DNA of 64,000 bases from Octopus vulgaris (GCA_951406725.2 OX597835.1:5580001-5644000), one strand, 5' to 3'. Positions 25,163 through 39,488 are shown, numbered from the stretch's first letter. The notes: generated by a model from the sequence alone, not told the origin. Numbers and translations are program-made.

Positions 25163-26574
25163 TGGTGACGGTCTCTGGCCAAACCTAGGGCAGTATGAGC
25201 TCCGGCGGATCTACAAATGAATGACAAGCTGGTTGTCGTGACGGCTTCCGTACGGCTCCACCAAAGAGTTGACGACTCAAGGCAAGATAAAAGTAACTAA
25301 GTTAGGAAATTTAAAAGGTTGCTTTGTTAGTATACAAACAATTATTAGTTGTATAAAATTTACATATATTTTGATATTTACGAATCGTTAGAGTAAATCT
25401 CGGCGTATCTCTCAGGTATTATAATGCAACAATAATTCTACAGCACGTGATTAAATAAAGAAAAGGAGATTTCTATATCTAGAAACGGTAAAATCAATTT
25501 GCGACTGTTTTCATGAATATATTTGTGAAAATGGACATTGACAAGTCAATTAGATAGATTTTCGCTGAAAAAATTTAATGGAAAAGAGGCATAAATATCT
25601 GTGTGTTTCGTATCAACGAGATAAAGTGTTGTAAAGTTAAATTATTGTAAGTAGATAGGTGGTCATCGCACTTAAAAATCAGTTAAACTTTCGTAAATTT
25701 AATGTTGGATATTGTATGGAAGCTCTGTTCGGCAGAGAAATCAAATCAACTATTATCGACAGAGAATGAAATATGAAGAAAATAAGAACTGTTATACGGT
25801 TGCTGCCAGAATAAGAAATCAGAAGCATAGGCATGCCTGTGCCAGAGTTAAAGAATAATGTAGAAAACGTTTATTTCACGGAATCCAAGAGTGTGGACGG
25901 TGTCGGTGAGAAGACCCTTGTATAACCGAATTAAATAGCGTTTCTCTAATAATATTTATTGGTTAATTTATTGTAGGGGACATTTCAAAATATGTTAAAT
26001 CAAAAAGCAAAACGATCTGAATGAGACAACAGAAACACAAAGTAATTCTATTAGTTTTTACCTGCACCAGAAAAAACGAATCATGACGCAAAAAAATGGA
26101 CGGCGCATTTGCAGTGTCACATGACAAGTAACCTTTTCAACGATGAAAGTGGATATGTCCACTTCAAATTTTATTTCCTTAAACTGCAGGGAGCGGTTTT
26201 GTGTCGCGAGAAACGAATACACCTCCCCAGTGATCCTTCTTACATAAGACCATTTTTCAGACCTTCTGAAGTTTATCGTATATTTCATCAAATATTTATT
26301 TACAGAGCAAGAGACAAAATACTTTCGGAAGCAGAAAAATATCAAGTCTCATTTTTTTTAGTGGATAATTCCCATCATTATAGGAATTATCGTTAAATTT
26401 AATTTCGTAGTCAAAGAGTTAAATGTAACGCCGAAATTAGAGTTGTGATGATAGCAGGAGCCCGAAACCTTTAATCAATCTAAGGCGTAAAGGAAACATT
26501 TAATCAATCTAAGGCGTAAAGGATTACAACGAGAAGAATGCTTTTGCCATGAATATTTACATCTAACCCTAACC

Positions 26575-26700
26575 CGGCGGCGGCGGTGGTGATGATGGTG
26601 GTGGTGGTGGTGGTGGTGGTGGTGGTGGTGATGATGATGATGGTGATGGTGATTATGATGGTGATGATGATAAGGATCACGATGATAATGTTGTTGCAGA
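26575..26700. repeat. (GGC)/(GGT)/(GAT) trinucleotide tract
   Basis: Direct reading. Confidence 0.9.
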
Positions 26701-27199
26701 AGACGATGATAAAAATAAAGATGATCTTCACAATCCTCATCATGACGTTCAATACCAAACAACCAATTCCTTACAGCTGCTGCTCACCTCTTCAAATACC
26801 AAATATCTTCTACTAACGACGCTTCCTAAAAAGTTTTATCAGTCGAGGTCCTTCTGTTAATTCATCTTCTCAATTTCTACTTTCACTGATTTTCAAAATG
26901 CTATCTTTGCAGCAATATAAGCAGTCTCCTACATTCTTTTCACTATATTTGAGCATTGCTAAATGTTTCGTTAGTTTTTTCTGTAATTTTGAAGTATTTT
27001 CTGTCCATCGATTTTCAATGATCAGAACTTTATGACCGCCGCCGTATTTTCTCTTTCACACTATATTCCAAATAGACAAGTGGTCTTTAATGATGCTCCA
27101 ACACAGCCTGTTGAGATAAAGTGTATTGACTTATGTTCTTGCACGACTTCAAGCCTTAAACAACAGTAAAGGATTACAGGAATGTGTGCGTCAAACGGG

Positions 27200-27234
<35 letters not shown>

Positions 27235-27235
<1 letters not shown>

Positions 27236-27330
27236 GCGCAGGAGTGGCTGTGTGGTACGTAGCTTGCTTACCAACCACATGATTCCGGGTTCATTCCCAC
27301 TGCATGGCACCTTGGGCAAGTGTCTTCTGC
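27235..27330 (+). mobile_element. SINE family A 5' fragment
   Basis: ggcgcaggagtggctgtgtggt...caccttgggcaagtgtcttctg. Confidence 0.85.
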
Positions 27331-27474
27331 CAAAGGAAAAGTAAGAATAGGCATCACTCTTTAAAAAAAAAATATGGATTTGTCCTCTTAGAATGTATAT
27401 GGACCAACACAAAGCAACACTAATAGTTACTGGAATTGAGCCTAAATCTTTTGAGACATAAGCTCGAGACCGCA

Positions 27475-27977
27475 TCAGGACGTAGAAACGGAACAAACAT
27501 GGCAGGGTATTTTGTCCGATGCTCTACTGATTCTATCATTCACCATCTGATATCAACCAAGCTTCTAACAATTGTTCGTGATTTCAGCTCAAAATCAAAA
27601 CATAGAGAGGAAGGGCCGGCATCATCGACCTCAGTTCTGCAATTGTATTGTTGTATTTTATGGACCCAGGAAGGGAAGTACGCCGAACTTGAAATCAGCG
27701 AGATTTGAACTAATATCGTAAAAACCCAGTACAACTACAGAAAGGCATATTGTCCTAAAAGAAGGACAAGGCCTCTGACTAACCTCAACTCTGAATTACC
27801 CTCGCTAATAAATCAGGAGTACACTTCCACATACTTCTTCTCAAGCAACGCAACATATCGTGCCTCACAGACGCGAATATTTCTTCTAACTGTTCTGTGG
27901 GTTGCAGTGACCTCTATTTTTGACAAGATAGTTGCAATTTGCTTTTCTCCTTGTAGATATTGACCTCGAGCAAGAAA
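27475..27977 (+). repeat. Copy 1 of a ~505-bp dispersed direct repeat (copy 2 at 30435-30948)
   Basis: tcaggacgtagaaacggaacaaacatggcaggg...ttgacctcgagcaagaaa is colinear in both copies, with scattered substitutions and small indels. Confidence 0.92.
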
Positions 27978-28012
27978 CCAAACGACAAAAGAGAAAAGGC
28001 CGACAAAATCAT

Positions 28013-28438
<426 letters not shown>

Positions 28439-28869
28439 ACCGTCCTCCATGCTGTGTATGCCATCGACTCTTCCTTGCAAGAATTGGTCGAGAGTCATCA
28501 ACGCTGTCGCCATAAAGGAAGCGTTCAGCAAACAAAGAAATAAATCCTCGGATACAAGATAAAGTCAACGAAGGCTGGGTTCGATTTATTCGACTGAATA
28601 TTACAAGACGGTTCCGCAACATGGCTATGTTCCAAAGACTGCAAAAAGTAAAAGAAGAAAGATCAATATTCTACCCAGCTTGCACACACACAAACATGCA
28701 TACATACGGACGCGCACCAAGCACAAACGGGCGTGCGCACACACACGCACCCTCACACATACACACAGACAGAATTACAAACTTCACACCACATCAATAG
28801 AAATGCTAATATTATACTAAACAGCTGAATATCTACAGATTTTAAAGATTTGTGATAATTCACTTAAAG

Positions 28870-29004
28870 CACCACCATCGTCACCATCACCCCCCATCAT
28901 TATCATCATCATTAATATCATTATCGTCATCATCAAAAACACCATCACCACTACTACCATCACTATTAACGTCATCACCATTATCATAATAATAATGATG
29001 ATTG

Positions 29005-29056
<52 letters not shown>

Positions 29057-29085
29057 CAACAACAGCAACAACAACAATAATAATA

Positions 29086-29143
<58 letters not shown>

Positions 29144-29227
29144 TATTGATAATGATAATCGCCCTCGTCAACACCGTCCTCATCGTTATCGACGTCGTCA
29201 TCATCATCATCATCATCATCATCACCA

Positions 29228-29270
<43 letters not shown>

Positions 29271-29282
29271 CATTATTATTAT

Positions 29283-29330
<48 letters not shown>

Positions 29331-29340
29331 CACTACTATT
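28870..29340. repeat. Compound (CAT)/(AAT)/(AAC)/(ATT)/(ACT) microsatellite
   Basis: Direct reading. Confidence 0.95.
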
Positions 29341-29849
29341 TCACACCAAACAGACTGTAGGTCTCCAAACCTTTTAATAAGATTTCTCTCCATTGTTATC
29401 CAACTAAAAACTTTCTTTAACCAAGAAAACCGCCATAATTAGATTTCCATTTTAACATTAAGACAGCGATATTCGAGAAACAGAGGTGGGTCGGGGTATA
29501 GATGTGGGGATGCAGAGGGGTGGGGTGGAGGGAAGCGTTTAAAGGAATTTTGTCTGGAAGCTTATTCGCCTGGTATCGATGAAATTATTGTTCCAACCAA
29601 TTAACGATATGTTAAGAAAGATTTTTGAACAAAACAAAAAAATGACCAAAACAAAAAAGAACTTTTTCTTCAGCCACAGAATTTTCATCTATTATATTCC
29701 TTTTTAAATTTCCATTCCTCTTTACAGTTGCCAATTTAGGATATAATATTTATAATTAATATTGATCTTTTTCTAGTTTTAATTCGTCTGCGTTTTATAA
29801 TAATCAGCTGTTGTGTTAAATATTCAAACGGCGATGAGGATGAATTCAT

Positions 29850-29896
29850 TGTTGTTGTTGTTCTTCTTCTTCCTCTTCCTCTTCTTCTTCTTCTTC

Positions 29897-29962
<66 letters not shown>

Positions 29963-30015
29963 CTCATCTTCTTCTTCTTCTTCTTCTTCTTCTTCTTCTT
30001 CTTCTTCTTCTTCTC
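29850..30015. repeat. (TTG)(TTC)(TTA)(TTC) compound microsatellite
   Basis: Direct reading. Confidence 0.95.
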
Positions 30016-30434
30016 CTTTCTGTTGTATTTGCTTTTTGTTTTGTTTTCATTGTTGTTTCTGTAAAGGGTTGTGTGTGTGTGTGAGTGTGTGTGTGTAGGT
30101 GTGGGTTAAAGAATTAATTTGAAAACAACGAACATATTGTGGTTCCCTTTCTTAATAATAAATACAAATAGTCTTTTGTGTGTGGTGGGAAGAATGGTGA
30201 GCGAAGAACATCAATAGCAACAACAGCAACAACAGCAAAACAGAAGTTTGAAATGCACAGACTAGTTTATGAGTTTCCATAAATGAAGAAAAAATTACAG
30301 AAATATATTTAGTATTCTTATGTTATATCGGTTGAAAGCGCACACATTTATTCATAATGTTGTGCTTTTTATGCATAATATATTTTCAAAGTTAAAGATT
30401 TTGTTGTTACTTTTGTCTTGTTTCCATTTCGAAC

Positions 30435-30948
30435 TCAGGACGTAGAAACGGAACAAACATGGCAGGGTGCTTCGTCCGATGCTCTACTGATTCTATCATT
30501 CACCATCTGATACCAACCAAGCTCCTAACAATTGTTCGTGATTTCATCGCAAAATCAAAACATAGAGAGGAAGGGCCGGCACCATCGACCTCAGTTCTAC
30601 GATAGTATTGTTGCATTTTATGGACCCAGGAAGGGAAGTACGCCGAACTTGACATCAGCGAGATTCGAATTAATATCGTAAAAAACCAGTACAACTATAG
30701 AAATGCAAATTGTCCTAAAAGAAGGACAAGGCCTCTGACCAACCCCAACTCTGAATTACCCTCGCTAATAAATCAGGAGTACACTTCCACATACTCCTTC
30801 TCAATCAACGCAACATATTGTGCCTCACAGACGCGAGCATTTCTCTTAACTGTTCTGTGGGTTGCGGTGACCTTCTCTATTTTTGACAAGATAGTTGCAA
30901 TTTGCTTTTCTCCTTGCACATGTGCAGATATTGACCTCGAGCAAGAAA
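30435..30948 (+). repeat. Copy 2 of the ~505-bp dispersed direct repeat
   Basis: See 27475-27977. Confidence 0.92.
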
Positions 30949-31987
30949 GCACTATCCTCCATGTCACATCTCTCCTATATTCCTTTATTTACTCAACAGT
31001 CGATGTATGTCAGACATTTTCTTTGTCTCTTAATAGTAGTAAGACTTGTATTTGCAGAACAAATTTTTGTTTTAGTTACTCATGACAAATTGTACGTATC
31101 TGCCTTTACAAAAGTGTTCACTACTGGATATGCTTTACCGTATATTTTTCCAAGTGTTAATCTTAGTATCCACAACTATGCGTTTTTAATTGCCATAATT
31201 TTTTGATACTCATCTTACTCTCTGAATCAACCTTTTTCCAAAATTCTTCTAGGTGTATTTTCTATTGGTACCACACTTCCAGCTATTACTATCCACTAAT
31301 TCCCCCCAGAAGAAAGCACCTGGAAAAGCAATTAAACAAAACTATATAAATATCTTCCTCAAGTAATGGGACAGATGGGCAAACCATCCAATGTCTTTTT
31401 TTATCATTTCGGGTATAGTCGCAAAAAAGGCAGCTAACGTGAACTATTGGTCTTGGAGGTGACGTGGATTTTCTACTTCCTCAGAACTGTATCTGATAAT
31501 TTTATTGTGGGTGGTATTGGGTTAGTATCTTCTGCGACTTGCTGTTGTAACTGGTTCATCTGATCTTAGATGCATTCTCACATTTTTGCATTCTAGATCC
31601 TCGAAACATAAAGTACTTGAGTGCTATTACCACAGATTATAACAGCTAAGATCTCTTCTCTCCATCGCCAACCTCGTTACCTTTCTTTCCACATCCATGA
31701 TGGCGCACACTTTTGTAATTTCTCTGCAGTTTTAAATTGCTATCGAAATGATTTGCGGTGGGAAAAATATTTTTTGACAAATAAAAGCGGGTTTTTTTTT
31801 TTTTAATTCTTCAAACGAGGAAAATAATACAAATGGAAAGTTTATCTCTCAGCATGTTCCGTGCAACAGAAAGGAAAAAAAAATGTTTTTTTTTTTTCTT
31901 TTTCAGTTTTTTTATTCTATAAATGTTTTCCAATCACACGAGTGACAGAGAACACGTCCAGAAATGGCGAGTTTCTCCACCCCGAAC

Positions 31988-32308
<321 letters not shown>

Positions 32309-32888
32309 TGGCTATGAATTGCTTTTTTCGACATTAAATTTAATAATTAGCCATATTGTTATCGATAAAAAAAATCTAAACAACCGATTTAATGAGCAAC
32401 AAATCATAATTCACAGATATAATCTATTACTGGGGGGTGGGGATGGGGGGTGGGGTTGGGGGGTGAAATGGAATTATTCAGAAAGGAGATGGATATCTGA
32501 AAGTTAAACATGCGAATAATGAAGGGGGGGAAAAACCGAATTTGGCTCAGGAACTTTATCGAATTATGCCAGTGCATTATTCTATGTTTCTTTATCCTTT
32601 GTGTGTGTATGTGTGGTGGAGGGGATTGTGGTGTGGAAGCATAAAAGGAAAAACAGTGGAATCCGTCTCTTTCCTTCGGTGCAAGAATGGGATAAAAATC
32701 AGCGATGAAAGTATGTCAAATACGTTACATGGTGAAATGGTTTTTGTATTGAGTACGTCAACTCGGCGACCGGTCAGCCTAGTTCTCATCGTATTTTAGT
32801 CACTGTTTGATCTCGTCGCATTTTAGTCTCCACAGGTGTCATCTTTTTATCTTTAAAAGTATTGCTGAAATAAAATTAAAATAAAGAA

Positions 32889-33299
32889 GGAGTGGCTGTG
32901 TGGTAAGTAGCTTGCTAACCAGCCACATGGTTCCGGGTTCAGTCCCACTGCGTGGCATCTTGGGCAAATGTCTTCTGCTATTGCCCCGGGCCGACCAATG
33001 CCTTGTGAGTGGATTTGGTAGACGGAAACTGAAAGAAGCCTGTCGTATATATGTATATATATATATGTATGTGTATGTTTGTGTGTCTGTGTTTGTCCCC
33101 CTAGCATTGCTTGACAACCGATGCTGGTGTGTTTACGTCCCCGTCACTTAGCGGTTCGGCAAAAAGAGTCCGATAGAATAAGTACTGGGCTTACAAAGAA
33201 TAAGTCCCGGGGTCGATTTGCTCGACTAAAGGCGGTGCTCCAGCATGGCCGCAGTCAAATGACTGAAACAAGTAAAAGAGTAAAGAGTAAAGAGAGTAA
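32889..33299 (+). mobile_element. Full-length young SINE family A
   Basis: A box ggagtggctgtgtggtaag, B box gggttcagtccc, CORE-like segment, and an (AGAGTAA)-type repeated tail. Confidence 0.93.
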
Positions 33300-34263
33300 G
33301 AAGAAGAAACATTCAAGAAATTCGTGGCGGTAGCTTCTCTGATTTTGGAAATAATCGTGTCACATCAAAATACTATGACACGAAAGTGTTCATACCGTTC
33401 ACTTAGTTATCGGAAAATAGTGGTCCCTGAAAAATATTCTAAAGTTGTAATATTTGTTGATGTTGATAATGATGATGATGATGATGATGATGATGATGGT
33501 GTACCTTTTTGATTGCGAATACAATTCACCCAACCTGATTTTCTAGTTTCCATCTACCCAGTTTCACTCACGAAGTATGCATCGGCTCAAGTTCATGAAA
33601 ATAACCTTCACTCAAAGTGCTGCACGGTGAGATCGAAACCGGGGCCGCAAACTGATTTATTACCCATTCAGTTACGTTGCACATTCGGTTCTAAACATCC
33701 CTTGTCTACAACTAAAAGACAAGTTTAAGCTGAAACAAATTAACCAAAGAATGGTTGTTGATATAAAACCAACTGCTGTCAAACAGCCAATTAACAACCT
33801 TGCTCTGTTTCATCAAGAACGACATTAGGGAATTTAGCGGTCTGTTTCCCCACTTCTTAATGAGTAAACAAAATAGAGTTTGTGTCTATGGTAATTCTTT
33901 TTCCTTCGCCTAAAGGCGACATCGCTAAGAGCCAGAGGAGAATTCTAAACCGCAGGCTCCGAGTTACCTTGCTACGTGATCAAAGAACTCCACAAATTCT
34001 TTATCCTACCGACCCATATTGTATCGATGGCACTAGATCTCGGTCGCGTAAAACGAGAAAATATATTGATTAAATTAAACTTTTACATTTTGCTTCAATT
34101 TTTTAAATTTATAGACGATAAAACATTTAGGCAACTACTTTAAATGATGAGAATTAAGAAGATAAAGCAAAATAGTAAATGCAATATATGTACACACACA
34201 CATTATATATATATATATATATATATGAATAAAAAATGGAATTAACGCAGGTGTAATCAAATA

Positions 34264-34360
34264 TTTTTACTTTCGACACATGTTTCGAAAATTCCACTGA
34301 TACTATTCAAAAGAATAAATGGTATAAACAATGCAATCTTCTCCTCAGGAAAGTGAAAAA
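34264..34360 (-). ncRNA. Type I hammerhead ribozyme with intact core and extended stem II
   Basis: tttttcactttc-CTGAGGA-gaagattgcattg...cagtggaattttc-GAAA-catgt-GTC-gaaagtaaaaa. Canonical CUGANGA/GAAA core, GUC triplet, 6+5-bp stem I. Confidence 0.78.
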
Positions 34361-34922
34361 AACGAAACTCGTCAATAAGACATTTTAGCAAAAAATGATG
34401 GATTTGTATAGCGATAGACAGAACGCTATTAATATTGTTTAAAAAAACGTTATATGATATAACGTCATTAGTAGCTAACAGAAAGAGTAGGGATATTAAT
34501 AGTGAATGTTAAATACAAAGGAAATTAAAGTTTAAATTATATATAATGATAGAGACTACTTATATACATTAAATGTATGTTAACAAGGTAAAAATACACT
34601 CATCTATTTATATATAGATATATATATATATATATATAATGGAGAAATTGTACAAAATGTATAAACGGATGATGAGGAAAGCCTCGGCACAGTTTCGATT
34701 GCCTTCCTTTCAACTTCTACTTCCTTTTCTTACTCTTAACAGTTACAAGTGAGAGCTGATGACGTCATTTTTCTCTAAACTAGAATGTATAATTTCCACG
34801 TTCATATTTGAATATTCTGCGTTTCAATAACTTTTCTCTGATTTTACTCATTCTCGAATTTGATGGACATATAACGGTACGTAAGCCGACTCAAGAAATG
34901 TCTAGTGAGACTTTTTATTGAT

Positions 34923-34964
34923 GTACCTGAAGAGACCCAGAGCGGGTCGAAACATGTATTGTAC
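34923..34964 (+). ncRNA. Minimal type I hammerhead ribozyme motif
   Basis: gtac-CTGAAGA-gaccc agagc gggtc-GAAA-catg-TA-tt-gtac. Perfect 5-bp stem II, palindromic stem III, 2-nt insert after the cleavage site. Confidence 0.68.
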
Positions 34965-36111
34965 CTAACAAAGACTATTACACATTCCATATCCTATTTT
35001 TATTAATACTGTTGTTATATATATATATATATATATATAAATGCTGACAAAATAATTTAAGTAAGGGAGAGTGTATTTAAAAAGGTGAAAGTTCTTTTTA
35101 CCGGTTGCGCATTTGTTATGCTTATCAAAAGATATTTTGAGCGAGATAGAGTTCCTTTCTGATAGATTTTTTTCTGTTATCTGTATATACAACACAAACG
35201 CGCGCACACACACATATTTATGTACGTATTCGTTTCGTAATTAAAAGTTTGGCAATGCGAAATTTGCGACAACAACAACAACAGCAATGTTATGTGTGAT
35301 TTCGTGAAAAACATAAGAAATCGAATCTCATAATCTCGGAGAGAAGCAAATTCACATTCAGGTCACGATTTTTTTTTGCACTTAGGAATAAAATTCTTCA
35401 AAAGTTGGTTGGTGGCAGAGAATAAGCAGGAGTCTGTTGGAGAAGAGCAACAAACAAAATATATTTTAGAAATTTACTGAAATTAATGTTTTCTTGAAAA
35501 CTGATCATGTGATTATCCGCCAAGTTCTTCTGCAGACAGTTTTAATGAACGTATTAAAAAACATAGAGAGTGTATACATATTTCTCGTTAATTAAATCTT
35601 TTATACTGAGGTAAGATGAGAGATAAACCTCACTCGCTTTTTCTTTCTCTTTCTCTTTCCCCCGCCCTCTCTCCACTCTCCCTCTCTCTCTCATATGTGA
35701 CCTCACATCGCTCAAAAGGATCAGTTTCTTTTGTTTTTAATCTCTTTTGGCGGTATATGTTTTTGTTGTTGTTGTTCACTCCACAATTAAGACGAATCGG
35801 TTCTCTTGAAAACGATACTGAATATGGTGGGTTTAAAATTAACCTTACAGTTTACACATAACATAGTGCAGACATTTGCTGGCGCCGTGACGAATTTTTA
35901 GACCCCCGAAGCACACTCCAATTTCGTGTTGTTTTGCAGATTATCAATGCAGTCACTCTCTCGTTGATAGAAAACCAACCTAGTACCAATTCTCCACTAA
36001 CAAAAACTATACGGACTAATCATCGAGCGAATTCTCTACTTTGTCATTCGACCAGCTGGAAATAGCAAACAGATTCTCCCTCAGAAAATACAATGAATTT
36101 TAATAGAATGC

Positions 36112-36352
<241 letters not shown>

Positions 36353-36470
36353 AAATGCCCTGATGCAATACTAGGCACGGGTTCTCATGGCTTCTGATCT
36401 TAACTGATTGGAAGTGTTATCATGTACACGTTTTGTCTTGGTATAAAAGATGGCCTACAGCAAATATTCT
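36353..36470 (+). mobile_element. Terminal fragment of the (TAA)n-associated element seen at 24262-24819
   Basis: Reverse complement of about 24703-24819. Confidence 0.85.
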
Positions 36471-36711
36471 CTCCTATATATAATTCCTCGCAATTCGAGC
36501 ATTTAATACAGTACATCAAATTTCTTCTTTTGCAATTCATATCAGCCTTTACAAAAATCTGCCCATTTTTTTATTGTAATGGATCTACCCGCAAGCATGT
36601 ATTGACATGTTCCACATCTGTTATCATTATACTTGGGTACTGTGAATGTTTTATGCTGTTTGTTCATGTGCAATTTTACCTTTTTTCATAGTTTCTTTAG
36701 GTTATGTGGTT
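36469..36711 (-). mobile_element. Penelope-like element linker and GIY-YIG endonuclease fragment
   Basis: Manual minus-strand translation: PHNLKKL*...NRCGTCQYM...(frameshift)...ADMNCKRRNLMYCIKCSNCEELYIGE. Confidence 0.85.
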
Positions 36712-37170
36712 AATTAAAACAACACCACAATCACTATTGATATGTATTACAAAAGCACAGATAGACACCAGTACCTAAATTTCAAATCATGCCACCCAAC
36801 ACACACAAAACGCAACATCCCATACTGTCTAGCCAGGAAAATTTGTACTATAGTCGATAATCCAAATACCAAAAACACACGACTTATAGAAATCAAAGGA
36901 TTTCTGCTCAAGCAAAATTACCCTCTCCTACTTATAAAAAATAGCATACGACGAGCAAAAGAGATACCTATAGAACAACTTAGAACAACACGAGAAAGAC
37001 GAACCCATGAAAGGAACACAATACTATTTCTAGTAACACGCAATCCGCATCACCAAAACATTTTAAACACCAAAACAAATTTTCGAAAAATAAAACAAAG
37101 ATAAAAATAAAAAAATAAAAACATCATAACTAATGAAACACTTTTCTTGAGGAAAAGGCAACCACATAAC
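36712..37170 (+). mobile_element. Penelope-like element RT thumb fragment (inverted relative to its endonuclease part)
   Basis: YYKSTDRHQYLNFKSCHPTHTKRNIPYCLARKICTIV...LLKQNYP is the PLE RT C-terminal motif. The fragment ends in RKRQPHN. Confidence 0.88.
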
Positions 37171-37854
37171 AGTTAATGATGTTGATTAAAAAATATCTCT
37201 AGAATACAAATATAAACAAGTTACAGAATATCGATTCGCCCGGCAAACCGTAATGTTTAAGATGCAAGCGCATTGGGCAAAAAATATTCCAAAAATTCAG
37301 CTTGTTTGGAGCTTTCTAAGAGGTACTAAAAATGTTAATAACTCAACTGTCGGTTAAACACATTTGAAATCTAATGATTACTCTATGTATGAAAGCGCTA
37401 ATTTAATTTTATGGGCAGTAGGAAATATTTTCTTTATGTTAAAATACCAATATATTAAAAAGCGTGGAAACCAGACCATGTTTTCACTTTATATATATAT
37501 ATATAATTACGCGCCTATTTGGCCCTAAATTTCGAAACCGGTACCAGGTTGACCAGCATTTGCTTGTTCTGACCCATTTGAGGTAAGACATTATTATTGT
37601 TCACTGATATTTTTTCCTATCTTGTCTGTAATAGATTTTCGACTCTTCGCTGGTACAGAAGTATTTTTTGACTTCTATCATTAGCGATATAGGTACTCAT
37701 GTGGTACCCTTGTGTATATATGTACATATCTAATATTGTATGTATATATTTTATTAATTTGACTGTGCGGCTGATAATTCGCTTACCACTTGTGATGGTA
37801 TTTTGATAATACCATCCCTATATATATATATATATATGCTGAGTGCTGAGACCC

Positions 37855-38152
37855 CCTAGAAAGTTACTCTTTCAGGCACAAGTCCGGGCAAGGTTGTTTT
37901 ATGGAAGACCAGCAGTCACCCATGCATAACAGGCCTTCTCTCTCTACGCCACCAGTGTTATCCTAGGAAAAGACAAAGGCCGATACAGCTTGGCACCAGT
38001 GACGTCATTACTCATTTCTGCAGTTGAGTGAACTGGAGCAACGGGAAATAAAGTGTCTTGCTCAAGGACACAACAAACAGCCCGGTCCGGCATTCGAACT
38101 CACAACCTCACGATCGTAAGCTCGACGCTCTAACCACTGAGCCATGCGCCTT
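37855..38152 (-). mobile_element. tRNA-derived SINE family D
   Basis: Minus strand ggcgcatggctcagtggttagagc (A box), gagttcgaatgcc (B box) and gtgtccttgagcaagacacttta. Confidence 0.85.
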
Positions 38153-38200
38153 CCCATACACACATACACACATACACGCACATATATATATATACATATG

Positions 38201-38239
<39 letters not shown>

Positions 38240-38829
38240 ATGTATGTATGTATGTATATGTATATATATGTATATATATATATTTACTAATTAATATAAC
38301 TCACCATCCATCTGAATATACCGAATTGCTAATAGCTGTGACCTTTGGTGGATTGACAGTAGAATCGGTAGATTGATTGCGAAATTAGCTTCTTCTAAGT
38401 TCGAATCCCACCTCGACCGGCTTTTTCTCTTTACCTTTCCTGCAACGACGAATTAAACTGCCATTAATATCCAATGTATACGCAACTGACTCTAGCGATT
38501 CTCAAATTCGAACCCCTTGTGTTTCCGTTAGAAATCAATGATATAATGAATGAATATCAGTTTCTGTTTATATTATTGGGAATCATCGATGAATTAATAT
38601 TCTCTTTGATTTAATATCGCTTGTGCGCACAGGATGAGTTCCGCTGCAATACAACATGAAATTATATATTTATGATGAGGAGCAGTGGGTGTTGGAGATG
38701 CAGAAGATGGTAGCAATGTGAAGGTCAATACTTATTGAGCAAGGCATATGATCAAATCTCTTGCAGCTGTGGCTATCCCGACTCTTTTCAAACATCATGC
38801 GACTCATATAACATGTATCCTTGATCGGT

Positions 38830-39216
38830 GGAGGCGCAATGGCCCAGTGGTTAGGGCAGCGGACTCGCGGTCATAGGATCGCGGTTTCGATTCCCAGACC
38901 GGGCGTTGTGAATATTTATTGAGCGAAAACACCTAAAAGCTCCACGAGGCTCCGGCAGGGGATGGTGGTGATCCCTGCTGTACTCTTTCACCACAACTTT
39001 CTCTCACTCTTACTTCCTGTTTCTGTTGCACCTGTATTTCAAAGGGCCGGCCTTGTCACTCTCTGTGTCACGCTGAATCTCCCCGAGAACTGCGTTAAGG
39101 GTACACGTGTCTGTGGAGTGCTCAGCCACCTACACGTTAATTTCACGAGCAGGCTGTTCCGTTGATTCGGATCAACCGGAACCCTCGTCGTCGTAACCGA
39201 CGGAGTGCTTCCATCC
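38830..39216 (+). mobile_element. Full-length tRNA-derived SINE family C
   Basis: tRNA-like head ggaggcgcaatggcccagtggttagggcagc...ggtttcgattccc; 11-bp TSD atccttgatcg (38817-38827 and 39217-39227). Confidence 0.92.
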
Positions 39217-39488
39217 ATCCTTGATCGAGGTTTGAAGAAAAAATTTGATTGCTGTTTCCAGGAGGGGGCGGAAGGGAAACGTCATTTCTTTATGGTGGGC
39301 TTCAGAAATAAGATCAATCTTCATATGAATATGATGAGCCCTTCGTTATTAACCTGATCTCGATCAAATAGAAAGGAAGTTAAGTGCAATAGATTTTGAA
39401 CAATTTTGTGCGCATGTATATAGGTGTGCGTATGTACATACACACATACACACACATATACGTATATATGTGTGTGTATACAAACATA

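Noticed and set aside
26563-26575. Interstitial telomeric repeat (TAACCC)x2
   Set aside because: Only two units; not distinguishable from chance.
38830-38905. tRNA gene
   Set aside because: The tRNA-like head lacks a proper acceptor stem and continues into a SINE body with a TSD; the same applies to the other SINE heads.
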